The translations under genes were made by a program, and so were the position numbers. A DNA stretch of 64,000 nucleotides from a virus. The stretch is taken from IMG/VR virus record IMGVR_UViG_3300050343_000230, positions 13,500 to 77,499 of that record. One strand, given 5' to 3'. This document shows positions 37,710 to 47,838 of this stretch, one piece after another. A model generated the notes under the pieces. The model searched no databases and had not been told where the DNA came from. It saw only the letters and a program-made list of their open reading frames with translations. How positions within the stretch are numbered: the first letter of the stretch is position 1; every line of letters begins with the position of its first letter.

Positions 37710-40293
37710 TAGTATTCTTAACCTTATGTTCGAGCTGTATGTTACCGTAAAAATCACGGTACTTGTTAACATCCTGGGCTAAATCAATCAGGGAAGGATA
37801 ACCAGAATCAGTTTCATAGCTACGGATTCTAATGTTGAACAGCTGAATAGTTCGCTGATTCCCCTTGTAAACATTGAGGTTTAGCTGATGGTTGAGGATA
37901 TCCATGAGCATGTTTTCAAACCGTGCTCGTGACATCATATTCACATTGTTGTTACGGCAAAACTCACCGTAGTTGGCATAGAGCCTTGTCTCTGCGTAGT
38001 GATAATAAGTACGAGCATCCTTAGCAGCAGGCTTGCAATCACCGATGTAGGACATGCAGTTGTTGTCGAACACGATGTTGGTATGCAGCCAGTCCATGAT
38101 TGGATTGGATCGGATGTGTTGTTGCGTCGTGAATTTCTGGAAATAAGCAACCCGCTCTTGGGTTTGTAGCAGATAGCTACGCATGTCCTCTTCTGACATT
38201 TGCAGTACCCAGTTGACCAGTCCTGGCATATAAGGAGCAAACTCTCCAGATGTGGTATGGCGATCACAATTAATCAGAACCCTTTGCTGCTTTGCATTAC
38301 CAGTGAAGGGACGATCAAAAGGAATTGTTAAGCGACGACGAAACAAGCCAGAGCTTGGGTCAGTAGTTTGGATCTGTTCGTTGGCTGTGATCATGATCAA
38401 GCCATCAAATTTAAATGTTGATTCTGTCTGCTTGTACTTGTGCTCACAGTTGATCAAGTCAGTACCCGTCAGGGCTTTGAGCATTGAAACGTTGCCGCCG
38501 TAACGCTCAACATCATTGAATAGCAGAAGCTTTTTATTAACAAGTTTGGAGGTTTCAAATCTGTTTTTCTCAAGCCGTTCCATGGTTGAGACTGCTGCAT
38601 TGTCGAAACCAACCAGTGCATGACAGAGGTTTGCGAAAGTTGACTTACCGGATTTACCGGGTCCGACAATCTCAACAAAGCGTTGGATACTATCTGCGCT
38701 AGTAAGTACAGCCCTTAACCATGCACGAAGGAGTTGCACTCGCTCCCAATCATTGTGCTGTGTAAATTTCAGCCAGCGAACAATAGGTTCGCAGGTTGCG
38801 CTTGAGTCATACTCATAAGGCAATGAACGGTTGATGTAGTTTTCTTTCTTAAAGCCCTCAATCTCCTCTGTTGCAGTATTGAAAATGCCATTACGGAACA
38901 GGATCAACTCTTTATTAATGTTCCATTCAGAATTCTGCAGTGACTGAGACAACAAAATATACTGATCATTGATGGTGGAAACACCAAAACCCCTTGGCAG
39001 TAGTTCGTTTTTGATACGACTGAGCATGGAGTACAGCTCATGTTTCATCTCAGCTTCTGAAACCCCACTCCACAAACCCCATGCTTCACGTTCATAGATA
39101 TAGAACTGGTTTGAAGCAGGATCAAAGAGCAACTTACCGGCAAACATCTGGGTCAAAATGTCACACAGTTCGTTCGCTGGCGCATTTCGTTTTTTATTCA
39201 TCTCATTACCATCGGCATCGCCATCGAACTGCCGAGACTTTGGGAAGGTTTGCACCCTATTAAATGTGATTTCATCAGGTACTTCGGGTTCAGAATCCAA
39301 CATTGCTTTCAACATGTCGCTTAGTGCCTCTATTGATTCATCGGCTACCGGCATTGCCCGGTATTCCTGAGATGGCTTGAAGCCATACTGTTTTGCATTG
39401 TGATATAAGGTGCCAGCTGTGATACCACCACCAGAAGAAAATGACCGCCACTTTTGATGGCAGGCACCATTCCTATATTTTTCAGACTGCTTAGACCATT
39501 CATCCCACTCATCACAGAGTGCTTCATCAACTGAATGCAAGGCTTGACCTGCGGTCAGCCATGCGTCGTAATCATCAGCACATTCGGGAGGCAAAGTCCA
39601 TAATGCTTTGACTGCTTCTTTAACTTCAAAGTCATGGCCTAGTTTTGCATTGATAGCAAAGGATTCGCCATACATACGCGAATGCGTTTCGTTTGGCTTA
39701 CCTTGCTTCATATTCTTCAGTACAATGCCAGCAAGAATCCAATCAGGAATCTCAGGCAATTCTTTAGAAAAAGTGAAGTCCTCTTGCTCTTTCGTGAAGT
39801 AGCCCTCAGTATCCGGGTGCATACCCATGAGGACGCCTTGGCACCGCTTCCAAAGTATTTCAAGTTTCTCGCCATCCCCTTCTGCATGCCAGGCATATTT
39901 ATTACGGATGAACTTATCCCAATTGTTTTTGGAAACACGGTAGAGCTTACGCTCTCTACCCTCTCTGCCACTACAGATTGTCAGGGTTGGAGGGAGTGCT
40001 TCGTTGAGGGGCAATCCACTTTCTTTTTTAATAAGTTCGTAAACAGTAGGGCCATCGATGTCAATCCAGACCAAACCATAGGGCTCGTTGTAAACAGGCC
40101 CACCAATAAGACCAACAGCTTTGGCACGTCCTTCTTCTAGTTCTTTCCCAACATCTTCTACTGCGTATGGTTTGTTTTGCCAGCCCTGGATGTAAGGGTT
40201 TTTTCTATCACCAATCGGGGTAAGAGGCCAGTCAAGAGGGATTAAGCCAAGATTAATTTCGCCGGGTTTTAATGCTGAAGACATTTGATTCAC
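37678..40293 (-). CDS. Prim-Pol/PriCT-2 primase fused to a D5/P4-like SF3 helicase
   Basis: WIDIDG, DDYDAWLTAGQALH...WDEWS, Walker A GPGKSGKST, SSGLFRRR. Confidence 0.9.
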   Translation of the reverse strand: MNQMSSALKPGEINLGLIPLDWPLTPIGDRKNPYIQGWQNKPYAVEDVGKELEEGRAKAVGLIGGPVYNEPYGLVWIDIDGPTVYELIKKESGLPLNEALPPTLTICSGREGRERKLYRVSKNNWDKFIRNKYAWHAEGDGEKLEILWKRCQGVLMGMHPDTEGYFTKEQEDFTFSKELPEIPDWILAGIVLKNMKQGKPNETHSRMYGESFAINAKLGHDFEVKEAVKALWTLPPECADDYDAWLTAGQALHSVDEALCDEWDEWSKQSEKYRNGACHQKWRSFSSGGGITAGTLYHNAKQYGFKPSQEYRAMPVADESIEALSDMLKAMLDSEPEVPDEITFNRVQTFPKSRQFDGDADGNEMNKKRNAPANELCDILTQMFAGKLLFDPASNQFYIYEREAWGLWSGVSEAEMKHELYSMLSRIKNELLPRGFGVSTINDQYILLSQSLQNSEWNINKELILFRNGIFNTATEEIEGFKKENYINRSLPYEYDSSATCEPIVRWLKFTQHNDWERVQLLRAWLRAVLTSADSIQRFVEIVGPGKSGKSTFANLCHALVGFDNAAVSTMERLEKNRFETSKLVNKKLLLFNDVERYGGNVSMLKALTGTDLINCEHKYKQTESTFKFDGLIMITANEQIQTTDPSSGLFRRRLTIPFDRPFTGNAKQQRVLINCDRHTTSGEFAPYMPGLVNWVLQMSEEDMRSYLLQTQERVAYFQKFTTQQHIRSNPIMDWLHTNIVFDNNCMSYIGDCKPAAKDARTYYHYAETRLYANYGEFCRNNNVNMMSRARFENMLMDILNHQLNLNVYKGNQRTIQLFNIRIRSYETDSGYPSLIDLAQDVNKYRDFYGNIQLEHKVKNTNVEAEDPMVR

Positions 40294-40511
40294 TACTGGA
40301 TCCTCACTGTAAGTTGTTTTGAGTTGTTTGTAGATTTTTTTGCAATGTCGTAAGCATGTGCGTGAGCGTCTGAGGGCAACAGAAAGCAGTCACCATCACA
40401 AGCTTCATCCAAAGCCTGTGTGATCGCTGAGATCCATTGCCCTGTCTGGATTCTTATCTCCATAGGGCCTCTTTTGTTTGCGTCTTTTAATCTTAGTTGT
40501 ACTGAATCCAA
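40293..40511 (-). CDS. hypothetical protein
   Basis: short ORF upstream of the primase; start uncertain. Confidence 0.5.
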   Translation of the reverse strand: MDSVQLRLKDANKRGPMEIRIQTGQWISAITQALDEACDGDCFLLPSDAHAHAYDIAKKSTNNSKQLTVRIQ

Positions 40512-40554
40512 GAAAAATTAGAGTGAAATAGAATAAATAAAAAGATCAGGCAAG

Positions 40555-41349
40555 ATGTACGGTAACAATTTTGATTACACAGGACAACAGCCTGATGTAG
40601 ATCGTGAGATCTTGCAAGAGATCATGGATGATACGCGAAACAATACAAATAAATACACCGCACAAGGATTCCCAGATTCTGACATGGGAGATCGGTTTGA
40701 AGAAGCTGGTGTCGGTGATGTTAGTGCCTTTTTAGACGAAGCTTATGCACCTTTTATACCTGAGCAAACTCCGTCTTATGCAGACTTTATGTCGAAGACA
40801 CCCCAAAATATTGCCAATACAATTGGGGCAGTGCAAGCGCAATATCAAACAGGACGTGCTGCTAGAACACAAGACTTTCAAAACATACTGAATGACGTAA
40901 AAAAATATACGTATGGTGATGATGATGCCTTTGCTAATGCCGGTTCACCAGCAATTCCTAACACTGTAGATCTAGATAATTTGAATGGAAACAACGCAGC
41001 TGCTGCAGAAATTGATGCTCTTAGAATCAAACGTATCCAGGCAGTTGATGGCGAGCCTCTAGAATATTTTGCTGACACATTCGGTAAATCATTTGGTCTT
41101 AATGACTACGACAGATTACTGGCAGGAGGCCAGAGTGAAGATGTTATACAAGGTCGTATAAACCAGTACGCAAAAGAAGGAGGTACGTTTGGCGCAGGAG
41201 TAAAACAAATGGACTTTTTTGAACCACGCCCTACTATTGGTAGCTTTATGAAAGGCAGTGGCTTTGGTAAAGAAGATAAAGCACGAGCCCAAGGAGCAGG
41301 TTACTCTAATGCTGAAATCAGGGAATGGAAGAAAAAAACTGGTAATTAA
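40555..41349 (+). CDS. hypothetical protein
   Basis: 264-aa ORF on the opposite strand to its neighbours, TAGAAT upstream. Confidence 0.65.
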   Translation: MYGNNFDYTGQQPDVDREILQEIMDDTRNNTNKYTAQGFPDSDMGDRFEEAGVGDVSAFLDEAYAPFIPEQTPSYADFMSKTPQNIANTIGAVQAQYQTGRAARTQDFQNILNDVKKYTYGDDDAFANAGSPAIPNTVDLDNLNGNNAAAAEIDALRIKRIQAVDGEPLEYFADTFGKSFGLNDYDRLLAGGQSEDVIQGRINQYAKEGGTFGAGVKQMDFFEPRPTIGSFMKGSGFGKEDKARAQGAGYSNAEIREWKKKTGN

Positions 41350-42194
41350 ATAAGGTCTCTGTCATAGACAGGGCAACGGTCAAGTTGTTTGTAGTATTCC
41401 TCTACAACCTTTAGCCATTTGTCCTGACAAGAATCAAGATGACGACGAGAGATTTTAAAGAGCTGCGTATCCTCTGGTGTTGACACAAGGATGGCAGCTT
41501 GCTGTACTTTCATGTTTAATGTCTGCTCAATACCAAGGGCATAAGCTCCTAGCTGCAAGCATGTTTTATTAAACTTCATATAACCACCAAGACGATCCCG
41601 CCATTCCACACTTCCCTTTGGCAAATCTTTAGGCCACCATCTGCAATATGGCTTTACGCTGGTCTTCAGGTCAGCAAGTGTCAGCTTGTTGCCTGCAACT
41701 CCAATGATGTCAGGTGATCCGACCCATGGTCTCTCTTCCTCGTCCCTTCCCCACACGCGCCCGATACCATCTTCGGATAAAGCGAACTCGTGTTCACGCT
41801 TCAGCGGTGTTTCGGCCCAAAGCACTTCTTGGAATTGGTCAAGAATCTCTGGCATCCCGGTCCAAAAGTTTGCGTAATCCGGAAGAACGTCAAAGGCTTC
41901 TTGCTTCAGGTACATCTCCATACAGCTATGTATCGCCGTACCACGTTCTGCTGCAGCTTCTTTGACACCAGGATTATTCTTGGACCACATCTCAAGCTTT
42001 TTCTTATTAGCTTCTGATGCGGTCTCTGAAATTATTGTTGTTACAGATGCTGCTGGCCCTGTCTGGAACGGGGTTTGATAGTGCCGTTTACCATTGATAG
42101 TGACCCTGGCAGGCTTATTGTTTAACGCTTTAAACTCTTCGGGGTCACGAGTATAAATGTCAAAGACAGTTTCAGTATCTGTGTATCCAACCAC
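41346..42194 (-). CDS. PD-(D/E)XK exonuclease
   Basis: RGTAIH...GSPD...ADLKTS...QLGAY. Confidence 0.85.
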   Translation of the reverse strand: MVGYTDTETVFDIYTRDPEEFKALNNKPARVTINGKRHYQTPFQTGPAASVTTIISETASEANKKKLEMWSKNNPGVKEAAAERGTAIHSCMEMYLKQEAFDVLPDYANFWTGMPEILDQFQEVLWAETPLKREHEFALSEDGIGRVWGRDEEERPWVGSPDIIGVAGNKLTLADLKTSVKPYCRWWPKDLPKGSVEWRDRLGGYMKFNKTCLQLGAYALGIEQTLNMKVQQAAILVSTPEDTQLFKISRRHLDSCQDKWLKVVEEYYKQLDRCPVYDRDLI

Positions 42195-42202
42195 GGCGAG
42201 TT

Positions 42203-42955
42203 GTGTATATTAAGTTGAGTGTAGCGCAATCCCTGGTGAATACAACACAGATCTTTCTCAGCACATTACCAAAAGAAAAGCGAGGAGATTTACCATGGCA
42301 AATACAAGATGCCATGGAATCTGTACTGGATTGGTATAGCGATACTGACTACACGGTTTACGACAACGAAGCGGTTGAAAAATTTCTTGATACCCATTTC
42401 GAGCCAAAAGTTCGCGCTGCATATGAGAAGCTAAATCCTTTGGCATATAAAGCAGATCTAGCGAGGTACTGCATTCTCTATATCAAAGGAGGATGGTATC
42501 TAGATGTAGGCATCACTGCCCTTGGCAGAGTAGAACCAAAAGAAAATCTATTTGCTTTCCGCAGTATGAATAGATATTCCATGACGAGCTGGGCCTGTGA
42601 CAACGGAATGATCTATTGCAAGGAAGGAAACCCTGCATTGAAACGTGCTATTGATCTTGTAATCTCAAACGTCTCAAATAAGTATTACGGTAAGACACCA
42701 TTGTGTCCCACCGGCCCGTCCCTATGGGGCCGTGCCATTGCAGAATCTGTTAGTGAAGGAAATGAAAGCATGCTTTTTGGTGACTGTGACGAGCTAACAC
42801 CCAACCTAATCATCAAAAATAAAGCATTTATCACACCGCAAGGCCAAATCTTGGCTGAATGTAAGCCCACACAAGGTGGTGACCTCACTGGAATGGGAGC
42901 AAGGGACACCAATAACTACAATATTTTCTGGCATAACCGGCAGGTTTACCGTTGA
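42203..42955 (+). CDS. glycosyltransferase (GT32/DxD sugar-binding type)
   Basis: KADLARYCILYIKGGWYLD, TGPSLW. Confidence 0.85.
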   Translation: MYIKLSVAQSLVNTTQIFLSTLPKEKRGDLPWQIQDAMESVLDWYSDTDYTVYDNEAVEKFLDTHFEPKVRAAYEKLNPLAYKADLARYCILYIKGGWYLDVGITALGRVEPKENLFAFRSMNRYSMTSWACDNGMIYCKEGNPALKRAIDLVISNVSNKYYGKTPLCPTGPSLWGRAIAESVSEGNESMLFGDCDELTPNLIIKNKAFITPQGQILAECKPTQGGDLTGMGARDTNNYNIFWHNRQVYR

Positions 42956-43590
42956 ATCAATAGTTTTCCTGCTGTCAGGTAGGAGAAACGTGCCTCTGGT
43001 AGGACAGAATTTGCTCCTGTGATCTTTTCTTTTACATTGGTGAAGTAATTTTCCTCTACTTCATCTTCAATAGCTGGTAGTTGTAGACCAGGTAAATCAA
43101 AAGTACACAGGAGATAACCTCCTTTCTTAACCATTGAGAACAAACGGCGTAATATTTGTACATGATTACCATTGACTTCTTCCAACGTCGAGACGTTAAT
43201 GACAAAATCAAATGCTTCCCACCAATCAGACGGTGGGTCTTCTAGCAAATTCCAGAGCGTAGTTCGTGGTAGATCAGATCGTTGGATGTCAGTATGAAGA
43301 GTTTCATATCCACGGCCATCTAATGCATCTTTGAATTCTTTGTGGCAAGTATAAGGGCCGCCTTCAAAGCCCCAGCTGGTGTTATGAACAGTAGAAGCTT
43401 TGCTATCTTTAGTCCGTGGTTTTGCTCCTAACTTTTCTAACGTTTGAAGTACCCATTCATATTCATATACACGAGACCATGCACCCCACTTGACATCTGA
43501 CGGATCATCTGTAGAAAAATTTCTAAATTCAAGAACATCAAAGTCCTCGATAGGCCCCGTCACAAGCTTACGTACTTTACGATTCGGCAT
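42946..43590 (-). CDS. class I SAM-dependent methyltransferase-like protein
   Basis: WSRVYEY, FDFVINVSTLEEV, VKKGGYLLCTFD. Confidence 0.7.
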   Translation of the reverse strand: MPNRKVRKLVTGPIEDFDVLEFRNFSTDDPSDVKWGAWSRVYEYEWVLQTLEKLGAKPRTKDSKASTVHNTSWGFEGGPYTCHKEFKDALDGRGYETLHTDIQRSDLPRTTLWNLLEDPPSDWWEAFDFVINVSTLEEVNGNHVQILRRLFSMVKKGGYLLCTFDLPGLQLPAIEDEVEENYFTNVKEKITGANSVLPEARFSYLTAGKLLIQR

Positions 43591-43604
43591 GCACCGGCTC
43601 AAAA

Positions 43605-44252
43605 CTACGTTAAGTATAAGGATAAATACAGAGAATACATCTCTTTTACTTTTGGTTTGTTCAGCGGACCATCGTAAACATGGCTATGGAAATATTGATT
43701 CATGAAGTCATAAGGCTCTAGTTCTAAGTTGATAGGTCTAAAGACAGACCCGATAGCAAGATCTGTATTGGCTTTACATGTCTTGTTGGTGGTAACAAGC
43801 AAAAGCTTACCGACTCTTGACGCTTCTTTTAAGTATTGAATGTTGTATGCAGTAGGCAGATGCTCTAATGTATGGCGGCATAAGATCAAATCAAATGCAT
43901 TGTTAGCTTGATCCTCTAAAAAGGAAAGAGAATCTGTATGGACAAAGCGAGTATGACTATTGCCATAGGTGAAATTATTTCTGACTACAAGTTCTTCTAC
44001 GATGTCTAACCCTGTGTAGTCAGGCAGTCGTTCAGCTAATCTCTTCATCCAATTCCAGTCACCGCAAGAGGTATCAAGCATGCAGTTGACATTGAACTCA
44101 CTGACAATATCGGTGAAATTCTCTAGCAAAGAACCTGCATAACTCATGGTGCTGCCTTCACCACTGCGTGATTCGGCAGACCCCCAGAAATTAGAACGAT
44201 AGATATCGGTGAATGTTTCTTCTAAAGCGTGACACTCTTTACTGTTTTCCAT
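43605..44252 (-). CDS. class I SAM-dependent methyltransferase
   Basis: ESRSGEGS, LDTSCGDWNWM, YTGLDIV, DLILCRHTLEHL. Confidence 0.85.
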   Translation of the reverse strand: MENSKECHALEETFTDIYRSNFWGSAESRSGEGSTMSYAGSLLENFTDIVSEFNVNCMLDTSCGDWNWMKRLAERLPDYTGLDIVEELVVRNNFTYGNSHTRFVHTDSLSFLEDQANNAFDLILCRHTLEHLPTAYNIQYLKEASRVGKLLLVTTNKTCKANTDLAIGSVFRPINLELEPYDFMNQYFHSHVYDGPLNKPKVKEMYSLYLSLYLT

Positions 44253-44983
44253 CCACCAGAAATCGCATTCCTAACTACTTTATCTCGTTGCGAGAAAAAT
44301 AGGGAATGTGATAACCAAGTATTGTTAGATGTTGCAACTGCGTCCGTACCCAGTTCAATCGCATGAATGCTACCCCACTTGTCTTCTTCACCTGGGGGAT
44401 GTGGAGGACAGAAGGTTTGTACATTGCCATATTTTTGAGCACAGTAACTGAAGTGAATGTCTTCTCCGTTATCCCACGTGTAAGGCTTCTCCCTCCAAAG
44501 ATGAGATAAGCATTCACGATTAAAGAACCAAGCGTGTCCAACAAGATCAACACGTTCTGTTTCTTGATTTTGCCCAGGCCAACCAGAGCGTGTGTGGTTT
44601 TCATATCTAAAACTATTTAATGTGACACCAGCTGAACCAAGAATAGGAGTTTGATAACCTTCTTCTTCTAGCTTGCAGTAAGTACCGAGACAGTTCTCAA
44701 ACCATTCTGGCCCAGGAATCGTGTCATCATCAAACATTGCAATGTATTTAGTGTCAGCTAAGAGCGCCCCTGCGAATCGTCCGAAGAATTTGAAATTATA
44801 ACTACAGTCAATAACCCTGTCGATATCAAGATACTCAAGGCAAAGGTCACTGTTATCAGCATGCTCATTAACCCATACCCAAATTTCTTTCGGTGGGAAT
44901 GTCTGGTTGCGCAGAGCCTCAATTTGTCTCGCTAGATTCTGAGGTCTGCGATACAGGTTAAGGATAACCGTTACGTCAAACAT
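44222..44983 (-). CDS. glycosyltransferase family 2 (GT-A)
   Basis: VTVILNLYRR, FDDD, GEDIHFS. Confidence 0.85.
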   Translation of the reverse strand: MFDVTVILNLYRRPQNLARQIEALRNQTFPPKEIWVWVNEHADNSDLCLEYLDIDRVIDCSYNFKFFGRFAGALLADTKYIAMFDDDTIPGPEWFENCLGTYCKLEEEGYQTPILGSAGVTLNSFRYENHTRSGWPGQNQETERVDLVGHAWFFNRECLSHLWREKPYTWDNGEDIHFSYCAQKYGNVQTFCPPHPPGEEDKWGSIHAIELGTDAVATSNNTWLSHSLFFSQRDKVVRNAISGGWKTVKSVTL

Positions 44984-45089
44984 GGCCCACTTGTTTATTT
45001 CTGCACTATAGTTCAATTGGCTTCATGTCGGAAGCCATTCAATTTAGTAAACAAACGTCTCCAAGGTTACGGTTTAAAAGGAAGAACCT

Positions 45090-45113
45090 AGGGCTTGATC
45101 AGCCCTTTTTTTT
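45090..45113 (+). terminator. intrinsic terminator
   Basis: AGGGCT-TGATC-AGCCCT-T7. Confidence 0.75.
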
Positions 45114-45142
45114 GTTATTATTTACAAAACATATAAATTTTT

Positions 45143-45394
45143 TTGGCAACTAGAGAAGCAAATCTTAGACATAGGTATGGCATTGGGGTCAAAGACTATG
45201 ATGCGATGTACAAAAAACAGAAAGGAAAGTGTGCAATTTGTGGCATCAAGAGGGATAAAAATCTAGATGTAGACCATTGTCATCACACAGGAAAGATTCG
45301 CGGCTTGCTTTGCAATTGCTGCAACCAAGCCTTAGGTTTATTAAACGATGATGAAAAAATTATTAAGAAAGCAGCTGAATATGTTACTTCTTAA
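45143..45394 (+). CDS. endonuclease VII-like protein
   Basis: QKGKCAIC...VDHCHHTGKIRGLLCNCCNQALG. Confidence 0.85.
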   Translation: MATREANLRHRYGIGVKDYDAMYKKQKGKCAICGIKRDKNLDVDHCHHTGKIRGLLCNCCNQALGLLNDDEKIIKKAAEYVTS

Positions 45395-45933
45395 TTGTTT
45401 CTTAGGGTTGCTTTGATTTGCCAAGCAGCGGTAAAGCAATCTTCAACAAGTTCTCCACAATAATTTTCAATATCAAAAGCATCCATCTTAGCTGCTATCT
45501 TGGCTACGTTTTTAGCACACATACCAAAAGCTTCTAAGTTCTCGTAGTAAGTTATAAGCATCGCAGTGCCTTCATATGCTTCGATATGACTGAATTTTTT
45601 ATAAGCTGCCATCAAGCCTTTACAACACATAGGCATCAAATAATCAAGAGAGCGGGTAAGTTCTCCGAGTCTATCCAATTGTTTTTGGTGTTTTTTATAT
45701 TGTCCCTTAGTGAATTCATGTACACCAAAGAAATTACCACCTTCAAAATTCAAATGTACGAGGTGCGCTTGAAGCATCAAGTGGGCAGCATGGCTACTAA
45801 GTGTTATGAGTTCATTAGCCAAACGGCTTACGGGTTCTTTTTTACTCTTGGGCTGGGGCTCATTGGATACTGGCTTTTCTGGCTGCCGCTCTGTAGTTTG
45901 TTCCGGCTGTACCGGAGGAATGCCACTATACAT
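45391..45933 (-). CDS. dps: Dps/ferritin-like protein
   Basis: HLNFEGGNFFGVHEF...QY....LDRLGE, the Dps signature pattern. Confidence 0.7.
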   Translation of the reverse strand: MYSGIPPVQPEQTTERQPEKPVSNEPQPKSKKEPVSRLANELITLSSHAAHLMLQAHLVHLNFEGGNFFGVHEFTKGQYKKHQKQLDRLGELTRSLDYLMPMCCKGLMAAYKKFSHIEAYEGTAMLITYYENLEAFGMCAKNVAKIAAKMDAFDIENYCGELVEDCFTAAWQIKATLRNN

Positions 45934-46015
45934 GAACCTTTGCTCGTGCTAATGATTTACATTCTAATAGAAAGACCGCTGGTAAACTAGATAAAAGCGA
46001 TACTCAAGGCAGGCA

Positions 46016-46555
46016 ATGGCTAGTTCAAGAAAGAATTTATTAGATCGTTACGCTGAACTTGGTTTTAGACAAGGAGACACAAAAAATGTTGGTCTTGCTG
46101 TTCGTTTAGAAATTGAAGAACGAAAAGAACAGTATAACGAATTAAAAAAAGACATTGAAAAACTTCCTTCCGAAGACAACAGCTCTGTTGTTGATTGCAA
46201 TACACCTTATTCTCTTGTAGTAGGCGAGCTTGACAGCAACGACTTACTTAAATCAAAAGGTAAAAATGTAGAAGCTACCCAAATTTTAGAGACTATTAGT
46301 CTTAGAGATAAGAAAGGAAACGACCTGGGCAATGTGAGGTTTGAATCAGGTAGCGGAATTGGAGTAGCCTTAAGCAATAGATATAAAGACACTATTTATA
46401 TCCATGGAGGACAACTTCAAAGCAACATCACAAAGAATTCTTCTGACATCAGCGCTAACTACACTGATTTGTTAGGTCAAATCAAAGACCTTCAACGTGA
46501 AGTTGAGGTGCTTAAAAACATTTTAAATGGTTCAAAGGCAACCAAGAAAAAATAA
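46016..46555 (+). CDS. hypothetical protein
   Basis: 179 aa with coiled-coil ends. Confidence 0.6.
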   Translation: MASSRKNLLDRYAELGFRQGDTKNVGLAVRLEIEERKEQYNELKKDIEKLPSEDNSSVVDCNTPYSLVVGELDSNDLLKSKGKNVEATQILETISLRDKKGNDLGNVRFESGSGIGVALSNRYKDTIYIHGGQLQSNITKNSSDISANYTDLLGQIKDLQREVEVLKNILNGSKATKKK

Positions 46556-46565
46556 TGTGTAATGA

Positions 46566-46790
46566 ATGAACTTATCACAAAAAGAAAAAGTATTAATTAG
46601 CTTTCTAGGTATTATCTTTTCAGCCCAGATCATTCTCTATGGGATTGGTCTGGGTTTTTGCATGCGTAATGGTGGATTAAATGCATGTCCTGAAATCGGC
46701 AAAAGAGGAGAGATTATGTTTGCTGGAATGACTGCCACTGTATTAGCATTAATCACAAATATAGGTACTGGCGGCCGTACTCCAAAATGA
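46566..46790 (+). CDS. small membrane protein
   Basis: two hydrophobic helices. Confidence 0.55.
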   Translation: MNLSQKEKVLISFLGIIFSAQIILYGIGLGFCMRNGGLNACPEIGKRGEIMFAGMTATVLALITNIGTGGRTPK

Positions 46791-46915
46791 AAAACATGGA
46801 TGACGAAACCCTACACAACTGGCACAAAATAAAAACCCACCTTGAAAAGGTAGGTAAAACAGATAACATGTTTTATACACGTGCAGTAAGTATCACTGCA
46901 GCTAATGGTGACCCA

Positions 46916-47263
46916 TTACCCCAAATCAATTGGCCGAGTTCCAGTGGTGAAATCAACTAAGTCATCAAGAGTTTTTATCTCTGCCTTATGCCAGTTTTGT
47001 TGAGCCTTAATTCCTTCAAGGAATGCTTTATAAATGTCTTCACCTGACAGACGTTTCTGTCCGAGGACATCATAAGGCTCTGTGTATTCACTAACAATCT
47101 CTTCAAAAGCATCGACACAGCGTCGGTACTGTAGATAGTGATTGTCAAGATCATCTAATGAACCAGCATGAGTTGTGTCATGAAGGTTTTCTCTTGACGC
47201 CTTGGTTACACCAGGCTCATCAAGTTCAGCAACAACAGGCTTTCCAAACGATTTAGTAGTCAT
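46916..47263 (-). CDS. hypothetical protein
   Basis: start MTTKSFGK, coupled to the upstream stop. Confidence 0.55.
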   Translation of the reverse strand: MTTKSFGKPVVAELDEPGVTKASRENLHDTTHAGSLDDLDNHYLQYRRCVDAFEEIVSEYTEPYDVLGQKRLSGEDIYKAFLEGIKAQQNWHKAEIKTLDDLVDFTTGTRPIDLG

Positions 47264-47604
47264 CAATCGTGGAGAGTAGGTACAAATTCTTCTGTGCATC
47301 CATCTTCTTTAGAACATGGTGAGACATCTTCCCTAGCATCAACACCAGTACCAATCAAGTTCGGATCCATTTTTTCAAGTTGCCTGAATGCTGCTTGATC
47401 AAGAAAGTCTTTGATTGCTCGTTGTTGTTCAAACCACATTTCTTTGCAGTAAGGACCAGCTTCCTTTAAACAAAACTCTTGCCAAAGCCCAGTGAACAAA
47501 CCATTAGTACGTCCTGAACGTTCATACATATGTTGCATGAATATAGTACGTTTGTTTTGTTCATTGATGTCCCAACCAACCATGTCTGGAGTGTCCATTG
47601 TCAT
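47263..47604 (-). CDS. conserved cyanophage hypothetical protein
   Basis: FMQHMYERSGRTNGLFTGLWQEF. Confidence 0.65.
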   Translation of the reverse strand: MTMDTPDMVGWDINEQNKRTIFMQHMYERSGRTNGLFTGLWQEFCLKEAGPYCKEMWFEQQRAIKDFLDQAAFRQLEKMDPNLIGTGVDAREDVSPCSKEDGCTEEFVPTLHD

Positions 47605-47610
47605 AAGAAT

Positions 47611-47811
47611 TTAGTTGAACTGATCTACTGATACTACCTTGCTAAAGAGACCGTGCACACTATCGCCACGAACATCAAACAATGCAGCGTGAATATCATC
47701 TTCTAAAGAGACAGCAAATTCCTCTGGTGTCTTGCCTTTAAAAGGATCGTATTCAACCTCAAATTCTAAAGTGTACTTAATAGAAAGTAGAGGCTTAGCT
47801 TCGATTTGCAC
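47611..47811 (-). CDS. hypothetical protein
   Basis: 66-aa ORF. Confidence 0.55.
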   Translation of the reverse strand: MQIEAKPLLSIKYTLEFEVEYDPFKGKTPEEFAVSLEDDIHAALFDVRGDSVHGLFSKVVSVDQFN

Positions 47812-47838
47812 GGTGTTGTTGTAGATGCTTATACCTTA

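Noticed and set aside
41346-42194. Cas4 call
   Set aside because: No four-Cys Fe-S cluster pattern and no CRISPR context; a generic PD-(D/E)XK phage exonuclease fits.
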